From Myxococcota bacterium (lineage in GTDB: Bacteria > Myxococcota_A > UBA9160 > UBA4427): DNA of 64,000 nt. Below the pieces are notes generated by a model. It did no database searches. It saw only the letters and a program-made list of their open reading frames with translations, and was not told the origin of the DNA. Every line of letters begins with the position of its first letter. The first letter of the stretch is position 1. Below, one piece after another: positions 29,582-40,437 of the stretch. Where the stretch lies: the NCBI GenBank assembly GCA_965250285.1, contig OZ252299.1:1472001-1536000 (forward strand), written 5' to 3'. A program made the translations under genes and the position numbers.

Positions 29582-30754
29582 TCAGGGCGCGGGGGCCAGC
29601 GGCGCTTCGCGCCCCCCGTCGCCGGCTCCCGAGCGAGGCTCGGTCAGGGCCTGGATGCCGGCCGGGCTGCCCGCGCCGAGACTCCACTCGGTCGCGGGCC
29701 GCGCCGCGACGATGAAGGTGGCCGCGAGGGCCGCCACCGCGAGCACGCCCGCCGCCGCCCACGCCCAGCCTGCGCGTCGTGCCGATCGCTCGCCGAGCGG
29801 TCGGTCGAGCCACACCGTTTCGTTCTCTTCGGGCTCGAAGAGTCCGCGGCCCACGACGTACGCGAGGATCTCGTCGCGCGCGTCGGCTGCGGACGGGCCC
29901 CCGAGACCGCGCTCGAGCGCCAGGCGGACCTCACGCGTCGTGGCTGGGCGCCGCGCGGCCTTGCCCCGCATCAGTCGTCGCAGCAGCTTGACGAGGGGAC
30001 GCGGGATCCAGCCGTGCGCGCCCTTGGGCTTCGGATAGCTCTCCGACTGCATCTGCTTGAGCAGACTGCCGGTCGCGGGCGGCTCGTCTGCTTCTTCGTC
30101 GTCGATGCCCGGCAGCCGGTAGGGCGCGCGGCCGACGAGCATCTCGTAGACGATCACACCCAGCGCGAACAGATCGCAGCGCGCGTCGACGCGGTCGCCG
30201 AGCATCTGCTCGGGCGGCATGTAGGTCGGTGAGCCGATCATGACGCCGGGCTCGGTGAGCGACGATCCGGCCGCCTCGAGGGCCAGTCCGAAGTCGGCGA
30301 TTTTCACCTGCCCGCGTCGGCCGATCAGGATGTTCGCGGGCTTGAGGTCGCGGTGGACCGTGCCGAGACCGTGGATCTCCTCGAGCCCACGCGTGATCTC
30401 GAGCGCGATCAGGGCGGCGATGCGCCAGGGCAGGCCTCCGAGGCGCGACAGCGAGGTCTTGAGATCGACGCCGTCGACGTACTCCTGCGCGATGTACATG
30501 TTCTGGCGATGTCGAAACTGGTCGTACACCGCGACGACGTTCGGATGATGGATCTGAGCCGCCGTCCGGGCTTCGCGCTCGAACCGTCGGGCGAGGTCTT
30601 CGCGCTCGACGAGGTCGCGGCGGATTTTCTTCAGAACGGCCGGCCGATCGAGTGAGGTCTGGCGCGCGAGCAGCACCTCGCCCATGCCGCCGCGGCCGAG
30701 CTCGGCTTCGACGACGAAGGGGCCGATCTTCTGACCGATGGGGCCGGGCGCCAC
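29582..30754 (-). CDS. Hanks-type Ser/Thr protein kinase with a C-terminal TM helix
   Basis: LGRGGMG, HRDLKPANI, DFG, YMPPEQ and DLFALG motifs. Confidence 0.92.
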   Translation of the reverse strand: MAPGPIGQKIGPFVVEAELGRGGMGEVLLARQTSLDRPAVLKKIRRDLVEREDLARRFEREARTAAQIHHPNVVAVYDQFRHRQNMYIAQEYVDGVDLKTSLSRLGGLPWRIAALIALEITRGLEEIHGLGTVHRDLKPANILIGRRGQVKIADFGLALEAAGSSLTEPGVMIGSPTYMPPEQMLGDRVDARCDLFALGVIVYEMLVGRAPYRLPGIDDEEADEPPATGSLLKQMQSESYPKPKGAHGWIPRPLVKLLRRLMRGKAARRPATTREVRLALERGLGGPSAADARDEILAYVVGRGLFEPEENETVWLDRPLGERSARRAGWAWAAAGVLAVAALAATFIVAARPATEWSLGAGSPAGIQALTEPRSGAGDGGREAPLAPAP

Positions 30755-30929
30755 GGCGATCCTCCCGAAGACGCGGCGAAGACGCGCGTCCCGGGATGCT
30801 GGATCGGGCTGGGGCCGGGTCGGCTTGAGCCCCGCTCGTCGGCCGGGTGACGTCGGTCACGCAGGTGGCCGTACAGCACGGCGAGGCCTGCGCACGCGCT
30901 GCCTGTTCCGACACGGCTGGTGGACCGGA

Positions 30930-31463
30930 TCAGGTGCGCTCGTGGCCCCTCGTCATCAGGATCTTGCCCGAGCGGATGACCTCGACGATGTCGAACTCGT
31001 CCAGCACCTCGACGATCGCATCGATCTTCTCGCTGCCCCCCGAGACCCGCATGATCAGGCTCTCGGTGCCGTAGTCGACGACGCGGGCCTTGAAGTGCTC
31101 GGCGATCTGCAGGATCTCGGTACGCTGCTCGAGGGAGCAGGCGACCTTGAGCAGCGCGATCTCGGTCTCGTACGCCCGGTCGTGGGTGTGATCCGTGGCG
31201 TGCACCACGTCGACCAGCTTGGCCAGCTGCTTGATGATCTGTTCGAGTGTCGCGGCTTCGCCCGAGCTGGTGATCGTCATGCGCGAGAAGCCTGGCTTGC
31301 GCGCGGCCGAGACCACGAGGCTCTCGATGTTGTAGCCGCGCCGCGAGAACACGAGCGCGACGCGAACGAGTACACCCGGCACGTCGTGCACGAGCAGCGA
31401 GATCGTGTGGACCGATTTCTCGGGGCTCGCCTCGGCAACGGTGATGTCGGTGGCAGCACTCAT
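30930..31463 (-). CDS. ilvN: Acetolactate synthase small subunit
   Basis: ACT domain HTISLLV..PGVL...FSRRGYNIESL and EQIIKQLAKLVDV. Confidence 0.93.
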   Translation of the reverse strand: MSAATDITVAEASPEKSVHTISLLVHDVPGVLVRVALVFSRRGYNIESLVVSAARKPGFSRMTITSSGEAATLEQIIKQLAKLVDVVHATDHTHDRAYETEIALLKVACSLEQRTEILQIAEHFKARVVDYGTESLIMRVSGGSEKIDAIVEVLDEFDIVEVIRSGKILMTRGHERT

Positions 31464-31464
31464 C

Positions 31465-33180
31465 TCAGGTGCTCCCCGTCGGCTTCTCGAGCCGCTCCTT
31501 GGGCTTCTCGATGATCATGCCCGAGATCGGCGCCCCGGCCGGGATCATCGGGAACACGTTGTCCTCCTGAACCACCTCGGCCACGACGACGCAGGGGCCA
31601 TCGCGGTAGGCCTCGGCCTCGGCCAGGACCCGATCGACGTCGGCGGGTCGCTTGATGCGGAGCGCCTTGATGCCGTAGGCCTGAGCCAGCTTCACGAAGT
31701 CGGGGTTGCCCTCGAGATCGACGCCCGAGAGGCGATTCTCGAAGAAGAGCTCCTGCCACTGTCGCACCATGCCCAGGTAGTTGTTGTTGATGATCAGGCA
31801 CTTCGTCGGCAGCTTGTGGATCGCCGCCGTCGCGAGCTCGCTCTGCGTCATCTGGAAACCGCCGTCCCCGACCACGGCCCAGATCGACTTCTCGGGGCAG
31901 CCGAATTGCGCGCCGATCGCCGCCGGCCAGCCGTAGCCCATCGTGCCGGCCCCACCCGAGCTGAGCCAGTAGCGGTTGCTCGTCGTGAGGCAGAACTGTG
32001 CGGCCCACATCTGGTGTTGCCCGACGTCGGTCGTGATGATGGCCTTGCCCTGGGTCAGCGCGTGCAGGCGATCGAGCACGTGCTGGGCGCGCAGCCCTCC
32101 CTGCTTCGGGTACTTGAGCGGGTACTTCCGGCGCCAGCCTTCGATGCGGTTCAGCCACGCCTCGGTGGGCGCGGCCTCGACGCGCGGGATCAGGTCTTCG
32201 ACCACGAGCCGGGCGTCGCCGCAGAGCGTGACATCGGGCATCACCATCTTGTTGAACTCGGCCGGATCGATGTCGATGTGGATCTTCACCGCGTCCGTGC
32301 AGAACTCGTCGAGCTTGCCCGTGATGCGATCGTCCCACCGCGCGCCGATCGCCATGATGAGGTCGCAGTCAGCGACCGCCTTGTTCGCGTAGGCCGTGCC
32401 GTGCATGCCCAGCATGCCCAGGTGGAGCGGATGGGTCTCGTCGGCCGCACCCTTGCCGAGCAGCGTGTTCACCAGCGGTGCGCGCAGCTTCTCGGCGAGC
32501 GAGACGACGGCCTTGCCGGCGTCGGAGATCACGGCGCCGTGACCGACGTAGAGCACAGGGCGCTCGGCGTTCGAGAGCAGCTCGGCGGCCCGGTCGAGGG
32601 CATCGGCGTCGGCGCGGCCCGGCACGTCGTAGCCGGGCAGGTCGACGTCGTCGACGAAGGGGGCGTCGCAGGGGCCCTGGGTCACGTCCTTCGGCAGATC
32701 GATCAGCACCGGGCCCGGGCGGCCGGTCGTCGCGATGTGAAACGCCTCTCGGCTCACGCGCGGGATATCGGCGGCGTCCCGCACCAGATAGCTGTGCTTG
32801 ACGACGGCGTAGGTGATGCCGGTGACGTCGGCCTCCTGGAAGCCGTCCTTGCCGAGCATCGGCGAGATCGTCTGGCCGCAGAGCACGATCATCGGCACCG
32901 AATCCATGTGCGAAGTCAGCAGACCGGTCACCGTGTTGGTGGCGCCCGGGCCCGAGGTCACCAGGACGACCCCGGGCTTGCCGGTCGCCCGGGCGTAGCC
33001 GTCGGCCATGTGCGTCGCGCCCTGCTCATGCCGGACGAGGATCAGCTTGATGTTCGAGTCGACCAGTGCATCGAAGATGGGCATCGCCGCGCCGCCCGAG
33101 AGTCCGAAGACGTACTCGACGCCCTCGCGCTCGAGGCACTGGATGAGTTTTTCGGCTCCAGTCGGGAGTTTCGTTTCCAT
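31465..33180 (-). CDS. ilvB: Acetolactate synthase large subunit
   Basis: RHEQGA, TSGPGATN, GMLGMHG, TDVGQHQMW and GDGGFQM...LGMVRQWQ motifs. Confidence 0.95.
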   Translation of the reverse strand: METKLPTGAEKLIQCLEREGVEYVFGLSGGAAMPIFDALVDSNIKLILVRHEQGATHMADGYARATGKPGVVLVTSGPGATNTVTGLLTSHMDSVPMIVLCGQTISPMLGKDGFQEADVTGITYAVVKHSYLVRDAADIPRVSREAFHIATTGRPGPVLIDLPKDVTQGPCDAPFVDDVDLPGYDVPGRADADALDRAAELLSNAERPVLYVGHGAVISDAGKAVVSLAEKLRAPLVNTLLGKGAADETHPLHLGMLGMHGTAYANKAVADCDLIMAIGARWDDRITGKLDEFCTDAVKIHIDIDPAEFNKMVMPDVTLCGDARLVVEDLIPRVEAAPTEAWLNRIEGWRRKYPLKYPKQGGLRAQHVLDRLHALTQGKAIITTDVGQHQMWAAQFCLTTSNRYWLSSGGAGTMGYGWPAAIGAQFGCPEKSIWAVVGDGGFQMTQSELATAAIHKLPTKCLIINNNYLGMVRQWQELFFENRLSGVDLEGNPDFVKLAQAYGIKALRIKRPADVDRVLAEAEAYRDGPCVVVAEVVQEDNVFPMIPAGAPISGMIIEKPKERLEKPTGST

Positions 33181-33298
33181 CGTGGCTCCAGGTGGGTGAA
33201 CCGGGGCGCTGTGGGCCCATTTTTCTCTGTAGAGTGCAGCTGATCGGATCAGGGGAGGGCAAACATACACAAGAAACGGCCAAATTCTCCGGATCAGC

Positions 33299-33314
33299 GC
33301 AAGAGTTTATCCAA
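33299..33314 (-). promoter_or_regulatory. Sigma-54-type -24/-12 promoter candidate for ilvBN
   Basis: TTGGATAAACTCTTGC (GG-N10-GC, TTGC at -12), about 120 nt upstream of ilvB in an AT-richer tract. Confidence 0.45.
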
Positions 33315-33740
33315 TAACGACGATTTGGCGTCACTCCGATCCGCCCAACTTTGATTGGGGACGGTTTTATCGGCCAGTGAGAGTCCAACTTATCCCGTGT
33401 CATCGATTGAGCGATCCAAGTCGAGCGAATTCGACGCCAAATTGCGAGACTCGCCCCTCGGGGCAGCGCGTCTTTCGCTCGGCTCGCCTGCCTGGGGCGT
33501 GGGTCGAGGTGCGCGGTGGCCCCGCGCCCCGCACGTCGCCCGATTCTAAGCGGGCGATGGCGGTCGCCCAGGCAACCCGAGACGCGCAGCGGGGTGTCCA
33601 TCCCGTGGGAGCCCGCGTGTGCAGCGCCGGCTCCAGATCAGCGCCCGGTCGGACGAATGGTATGCTCGTCCGCGACTTCGCCGTCGATCGAGGCCGAAGC
33701 TCAGGCCAGAGATCACGCTCGGCACTCGGAGAACGAGCCC

Positions 33741-34013
33741 ATGCGCACAGCATCCCGTGTTTCGAAGGGACCGACCCGGTCGCGGCAGTGCGTCGCTGCG
33801 CTCCTGCTCGCAGGTGCGCTTCTGATCGCGCTCCCGATCACCGCGGCGGCGACCGAGCCCGAGTACGACGCGGCCGACGCCGGCAACCCGGTGCGGATCA
33901 CGGCGTACGTGCTTCACCCGATCGGCGTGATCTACGACTACCTGCTCCTGCGCCCCGCTTGGTGGGTCGGCTCGCACGAGCCGTTCCGCACCCTGTTCGG
34001 TCGCGACGACTAG
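33741..34013 (+). CDS. Small hypothetical exported/membrane protein
   Basis: GGAG RBS, signal peptide, compact hydrophobic domain AYVLHPIGVIYDYLLLRPAWWVG. Confidence 0.7.
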   Translation: MRTASRVSKGPTRSRQCVAALLLAGALLIALPITAAATEPEYDAADAGNPVRITAYVLHPIGVIYDYLLLRPAWWVGSHEPFRTLFGRDD

Positions 34014-34053
34014 ACCGCCGCTTCGTTCTGGTTCGCTTGTCCGCGCGCTCCGC

Positions 34054-34214
34054 GCGCGTGCGTGCGTTGAGCCCGTGCGTTCGACATGCGCTCGAGGCGG
34101 CCGGGCGAGTGGGCGCGTCCAACCTGCGTTCGAGTGGGCCGGGCGCGTGCGTGCGTCTGGCCCGTGCCCGAGTCGGTCGGCCGAGTGCGCGCGTCGGGCC
34201 CGTGCTCGAGTCGG
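34054..34214. repeat. Three degenerate copies of a ~25-bp GC-rich motif
   Basis: gcgcgtgcgtgcgt-N3-gcccgtgc at 34054 and 34143, plus a variant at 34181. Confidence 0.55.
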
Positions 34215-34306
34215 CCCCGATCGGTCGCGTGGGACAAAATGGGTCGCCGGTTCGAGATGTCGCGGTGCGGCGCACCGGGACGCCAAACGACACGATGGAA
34301 CGCAGC

Positions 34307-34322
34307 TCATGCACGTGCATGA
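34307..34322. promoter_or_regulatory. Perfect 16-bp palindrome upstream of rpoN
   Basis: TCATGCACGTGCATGA equals its own reverse complement; function inferred only. Confidence 0.4.
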
Positions 34323-34522
34323 CGTGCGCGTGCGGTCGGCAAGTGTCGCGCAAGGCGCTCCGTTGTTACCCTCGGCCTTCGTGCGGGGACGTCGTGCGCA
34401 CGGGGAGCGGGTTCGGATGGGGCCTGCCCGCGCGGCTCCGCTCAAGATTCGACGCGTGTCGGACGTGACGTTCGAAACGCGATGCTCTGTTTCGAGCACC
34501 GGGGACTGACGAAGAGCACTCG

Positions 34523-36079
34523 ATGGCGATCGAACTGAAGCAACAGCTCAGAATGTCGCAGCAGCTGGTGATGACGCCCCAGCTGCAGCAGGCGATCAAG
34601 CTGTTGCAGCTCAACCAACTCGAGCTGGTCGGCCTCGTCGAGCAGGAGCTCCAGGAAAACCCGGTCCTCGAAGAGGCGGCGCCCGACGAGCAGGTCGATG
34701 CCGAGGGGGCCGACCCCGAGGTCGAGTCAGCGCCCGCCGATGCCGAGGCCGGCGGAGAATCGGGCGAAGGCGAGGGGGCCGAGGTCAACGCCGAGCCGGG
34801 CGATCTCGAGGTGGCGGCCGACCTGGCCGGCGAAGACCCCAATGCCGCCGAGCAGGCAGATCCGTCCGACGCCGAGAAGATCGCCGACATCGAGTGGGAG
34901 AACTATCTCGAGTCGAATCCCCAGACCGGGCTCGAGTCGCGCGTGGCCGGTGGCGACGACGAGCGTCCCAGTCTCGAGCAGACGCTGAGCACGCGGCCCA
35001 CGCTCACCGATCACCTCGAAGGGCAGGTCGGCGTCTCGAACTTCGATGAAGAAGAGACCGAGATCGCTCACTGGATCATCGGCAACATCGACGAGCGTGG
35101 ATACCTCTGCTCGACCGTCGAAGAGATCGCGAAGCAGTGTGGCGCCGAGATCGAACACGTCGAGTCGACGCTCGTGAAGGTTCAGCGCCTCGACCCGCCG
35201 GGTGTCGCGGCGCGCGATCTGCGCGAATGCCTGCTCGCCCAGCTCCGCGTGCTGCGGATCCGCGATGGTCTCGTGTTCGACATCGTCGACCGCCACCTCG
35301 ACCTGCTTCAGAAGCGCGACTTTCGCGGTCTGGCCCGTGCGACCGGCGCGGTGCCCGAAGAGGTGGCCGCGGCCAACCGCGTCATCGCGAGTCTCGAGCC
35401 CCGGCCCGCTCGCGACTTCGGTGGCGACGAGCCCGTGTACATCACGCCCGACATCTACGTGCACAAGGTCGGTGACGAGTTTCATGTGCTGCTCAACGAA
35501 GACGGCTTGCCCAAGCTGAAGATCAGCAACGTCTACCGCGACGTGCTGCAGCACGAGGGCGGCCGCGCCAGCAGCGACGACAAGGACACACGCAACTACG
35601 TTCAGGACAAGCTGCGCTCGGCGCAGTGGCTGATCAAGTCCATCCATCAGCGGCAGCGCACGATCGTCAAGGTGATGCAGAGCATCATTCAATATCAGCG
35701 AGAGTTCTTCGAGAAGGGCGTCGCCCACCTCAAGCCCCTGAATCTGCGTGATGTCGCCGACGACATCGGCATGCATGAGTCGACGGTCAGCCGGGTCACC
35801 ACCAACAAATACGCCCATACCCCGCAGGGAATCTTCGAGCTCAAGTACTTCTTCAATTCGAGCATCAATCGAGTCGACGGCGATGCCATCGCCAGCGAGA
35901 GCGTCAAGGAGAAGATCCGCAAGATCATCACGAGCGAGGATCCACGCAGGCCGCTCTCGGATCAGCGGATCGCGGAGATGCTGAAGGCACGCAACATCGA
36001 TATCGCCCGGCGGACGGTCACGAAATACCGCGAATCGATGAACATCCTCTCCTCGACGAAGCGCCGGCAGGTGGGATAA
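34523..36079 (+). CDS. rpoN: RNA polymerase sigma-54 factor
   Basis: Region I MTPQLQQAIKLLQL, HESTVSRVT, RpoN box ARRTVTKYRE. Confidence 0.97.
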   Translation: MAIELKQQLRMSQQLVMTPQLQQAIKLLQLNQLELVGLVEQELQENPVLEEAAPDEQVDAEGADPEVESAPADAEAGGESGEGEGAEVNAEPGDLEVAADLAGEDPNAAEQADPSDAEKIADIEWENYLESNPQTGLESRVAGGDDERPSLEQTLSTRPTLTDHLEGQVGVSNFDEEETEIAHWIIGNIDERGYLCSTVEEIAKQCGAEIEHVESTLVKVQRLDPPGVAARDLRECLLAQLRVLRIRDGLVFDIVDRHLDLLQKRDFRGLARATGAVPEEVAAANRVIASLEPRPARDFGGDEPVYITPDIYVHKVGDEFHVLLNEDGLPKLKISNVYRDVLQHEGGRASSDDKDTRNYVQDKLRSAQWLIKSIHQRQRTIVKVMQSIIQYQREFFEKGVAHLKPLNLRDVADDIGMHESTVSRVTTNKYAHTPQGIFELKYFFNSSINRVDGDAIASESVKEKIRKIITSEDPRRPLSDQRIAEMLKARNIDIARRTVTKYRESMNILSSTKRRQVG

Positions 36080-36106
36080 CTTGCCGCCGCCCGGGGCGGA
36101 GGTGGC

Positions 36107-36568
36107 ATGAAGATCATGGACATCCTGGTCCAGGAGGCCGTCCTCCTCGACCTCGAATCCGACAGCAAGGACGGCGTGCTGGCCGAGATGGCCGGCGCGC
36201 TCGGCGAGGCGGTTCCGACCGTCGATCGCGATCGACTGCTGCAGGTGTTGACCGAGCGCGAGGCGCTCCAGTCGACCGGCATCGGCGAGGGTGTCGCGAT
36301 CCCGCACGGCAAGCTCGATGGCCTCGATCGCCTGCTCGCCTCGTTCGCGCGATGCAAGGCCGGGCTCGACTTCGACTCGATCGACGGCCAGCCGACGCAG
36401 CTCTTCTTCCTGCTGGTCGTGCCCGAACACTCCGGTGGCCAGCACCTCAAGGCCCTCGCGCGGATCTCGCGTTTTCTGCGCGACGGATCGTTCCGCGATC
36501 GCTTACTCGAGGCCGAGAAGCCCGAGGACGTCTTCGCCGCGATCGCCGACGAGGACGCCCGGTTCTGA
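36107..36568 (+). CDS. ptsN: PTS EIIA(Ntr)-like protein
   Basis: EREALQSTGIGEGVAIPHG and HLKALARISR motifs. Confidence 0.9.
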   Translation: MKIMDILVQEAVLLDLESDSKDGVLAEMAGALGEAVPTVDRDRLLQVLTEREALQSTGIGEGVAIPHGKLDGLDRLLASFARCKAGLDFDSIDGQPTQLFFLLVVPEHSGGQHLKALARISRFLRDGSFRDRLLEAEKPEDVFAAIADEDARF

Positions 36569-36699
36569 TTCGCCGCGCTACCCGCCGCGTCGCTTGAACT
36601 CCAGAGACCAACGCACACACCGCGGCGTCTGAACTCCAGATGCGTTCGCGTGCGGGAACACCGGGGGGCGGACCGCCACGGCGGGCCGAGGAGCGGGTC

Positions 36700-37260
36700 A
36701 TGGAGCAGCAGATCCACGGAGCGCTCGTTCAGGTGCTCGGACTCGGTGTGCTGCTCGTTGGACGCAGCGGCGTCGGCAAGAGCGAGTGCGCGCTCGAGCT
36801 CGTGCAGCGGGGGCATCGCCTCGTGGCCGACGACGTCGTGCGGGTGCGGCCCGAGGGCGCCGGCGAGGCCGCCCGGCTCGTCGGCTACGCGCCCGAGCTG
36901 ATCCGCCACTACATGGAGCTGCGCGGCGTCGGGCTCATTCGCGTGCCCGACCTCTTCGGCGAGGAAGCCGTGCTGGACGAGTCTTCGATCGAGCTCTGCT
37001 GCCGGCTCGAGCCGTGGCGCGAAGGCGCCCGATACGACCGGATCGGCCTAGAGCGCGTATCTCGCCCCATCGCCGGCATCGAAGTGCCGACCCTCGAACT
37101 GCCGGTTCGCCCCGCCGGCAACATGGCGACGCTCGTGGAGGTGGCGGTGCGCGATCAGCGGGAACGCAACCGCGGCAACAACGCCGCGCGGCGGTTGGAT
37201 GACACGCTGCGAGGCCGCGCGGGATCGGCGGCGCCGGCCGAGCGCGGGGGGCGGTCATGA
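36700..37260 (+). CDS. hprK: HPr kinase/phosphorylase, catalytic domain only
   Basis: GVLLVGRSGVGKSECALEL..RGHRLVADD and MELRGVG motifs. Confidence 0.9.
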   Translation: MEQQIHGALVQVLGLGVLLVGRSGVGKSECALELVQRGHRLVADDVVRVRPEGAGEAARLVGYAPELIRHYMELRGVGLIRVPDLFGEEAVLDESSIELCCRLEPWREGARYDRIGLERVSRPIAGIEVPTLELPVRPAGNMATLVEVAVRDQRERNRGNNAARRLDDTLRGRAGSAAPAERGGRS

Positions 37261-38141
37261 CCGATCAAGAGCGCCGCAACGCGGCACGGAGCGAGATCGT
37301 CTTCGTCGCCGGGCTCTCGGGCAGCGGCAAGAGCACGGCGATGGCCGCGCTCGAAGACCTCTCCTACTACGGCGTCGACAATCTGCCGGCCCAGCTCGTG
37401 CCCCAGTTCTTGAATCTGTGCGACCAGGTGAAGCCGCCGATCCGGCGGATCGCGCTCGCGGTCGACACGCGCGAAGAACGCTTCCTGCGTGACTTTCCCT
37501 CTGTCGTCGAGCGTCTGCGCCAGCGCGGCGCCGACGTCCGGACGGTTTTTCTCGACTGCTCGAACGAGGTGCTCGAGAAGCGCTATCGCGAGACGCGGCG
37601 CGTCCACCCGCTGTCGCCCGGCGGCAGCGTCGAGCTGGGGATTCAGCGCGAGCGCGATCTGCTGGTCGACGTGGCGAGCCTCGCCGACCACCGGCTCGAT
37701 ACCTCCGATCTCAACGTGCACGAGCTGAAGGATGCGATCGAGCGCTGGGTCGAGCGCGAGGCGGCAAGGCCGATGGTGGTCAACCTCGTCTCGTTCGGCT
37801 TTCGCTACGGTACGCCGCCATCGCTCGAGCTCCTGTTCGACATGCGGTTCCTCTCCAACCCGTACTTCGAGGAATCGCTGCGGGCGCGGACGGGCCTCGA
37901 AGAGGAGGTCGCACGCTACGTGCTCGACGATGAGCAGGGCGGCGAGCTCTTCGAGCGATTGACGTCGTTCCTCGGCTACCTGCTGCCGAAGTACGACGAC
38001 GAGGGGAAGGCCTACCTGACCGTGGGCATCGGGTGCACGGGGGGGCGCCATCGCTCGGTCGCGGTGACCGAGGCGCTGGCGCGCTGGTTCGGCGAACGCG
38101 GGCGTGAGGTGAACGTCGAGCACCGGGACGTCGAGCGCTAG
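37257..38141 (+). CDS. rapZ: RNase adapter RapZ (YhbJ/YvcJ)
   Basis: GLSGSGKS, VDNLP, SFGFRYG and GCTGGRHRSV motifs. Confidence 0.95.
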   Translation: MTDQERRNAARSEIVFVAGLSGSGKSTAMAALEDLSYYGVDNLPAQLVPQFLNLCDQVKPPIRRIALAVDTREERFLRDFPSVVERLRQRGADVRTVFLDCSNEVLEKRYRETRRVHPLSPGGSVELGIQRERDLLVDVASLADHRLDTSDLNVHELKDAIERWVEREAARPMVVNLVSFGFRYGTPPSLELLFDMRFLSNPYFEESLRARTGLEEEVARYVLDDEQGGELFERLTSFLGYLLPKYDDEGKAYLTVGIGCTGGRHRSVAVTEALARWFGERGREVNVEHRDVER

Positions 38142-38229
38142 GAGCGGTCAGCGCAGAGGCGCCGGGCGAGGCGCCCGGCGTGAATCGATCGACTCGCGGC
38201 GTCGAGCGCGCCGGGTCGAGGGAGATGAC

Positions 38230-38643
38230 ATGAAGGTCGGGGTCGTGATCGTGACGCACTACGGGCTGGGGGCCGAGTTCCTGCAGGCGCTCCGGCTCAT
38301 CGTGCCCGAGTCGCCGACCTTCTACGCCGTGTCGCTCGAGCCCGACGAGCCGATCGACGAGATGCGAGAGAAGCTTCGCCGTACGCTCCAGACGGCCGAC
38401 CAGGGCGACGGCGTGCTCGTGTTGACCGACATGTTCGGTGGCACGCCCTCGAACATTTCATTGTCGTTCCTCGACGACTTCAACGTCGAGGTCGTGACGG
38501 GCTTCAATCTGCCGATGCTGATCAAGCTCGCGACGATGCGCGAAGAGAAGAGCGTCGGAGACCTGGCCCACTACATCTGCGAGTACGGCCGGCGCAACCT
38601 CTCTTGCGCGAGCGAGCTCGTTCCCCACGGAGCCGGCGAGTGA
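38230..38643 (+). CDS. PTS mannose/fructose-type EIIA component
   Basis: VIVTHYG, VLTDMFGGTPSN and GFNLPML motifs. Confidence 0.9.
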   Translation: MKVGVVIVTHYGLGAEFLQALRLIVPESPTFYAVSLEPDEPIDEMREKLRRTLQTADQGDGVLVLTDMFGGTPSNISLSFLDDFNVEVVTGFNLPMLIKLATMREEKSVGDLAHYICEYGRRNLSCASELVPHGAGE

Positions 38644-38924
38644 GCGACGCCGCGCGCTTCGAGGCCGAGTTCGTCGTCGCCAGCTCGTACGGGCTGCATG
38701 CGCGCCCGGCGGCGCGATTCGCACAGCTGGCCGCCGAGCTCGGCTGCGAGGTCGAGCTCGGCCGGCCGGGCGGCGACGACTGGGTCAACGGCGCCAGCGT
38801 GCTGTCGATCCTGTCCCTCGCGGCGGGGCAGGGCACCGCGCTGGTGATTCGCGCGCACGGCGACAACGCCGGGGACGTCGTGCGACAGCTGGGCGCGATC
38901 CTCGAGGACGTCGACGCCCCCTAG
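38640..38924 (+). CDS. ptsH: Phosphocarrier protein HPr/NPr
   Basis: GLHARPAA (His15) and NGASVLSIL (Ser46); GTGA overlap at 38640. Confidence 0.9.
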   Translation: MSDAARFEAEFVVASSYGLHARPAARFAQLAAELGCEVELGRPGGDDWVNGASVLSILSLAAGQGTALVIRAHGDNAGDVVRQLGAILEDVDAP

Positions 38925-39190
38925 CGCCGGCGTCTCACCCGGGGTGCCCGCCGGCACACCGGACACGCCCGGTGCGCGGGCCCGCCGGTCACCCGAGGCG
39001 CTCCGCTGTGACGTTCGGGCGCCGACAGGCCCGGATCGGCGCCGCGTGGGACGCTTCAAATGCAGGCGCCGGGTTTGAACCCCAGGGGCGGCTCGCCTAC
39101 CCTGCGCCCCCCCGTTTTGCCCCCCACGCATCCAGTTCCACGGGCCCAGAGCGGCCCGTTTCGCGGTGAATCCGCAGGAGTTTCCTCGAC

Positions 39191-40354
<1,164 letters not shown>

Positions 40355-40437
40355 CGGTCGACGCGGCGAGGCGGTTGGCTGCCCGGCGCTTCTGCGATAC
40401 GAAGAGCCCCCACGACGCTCCCCCCTGGAGACCCGCC

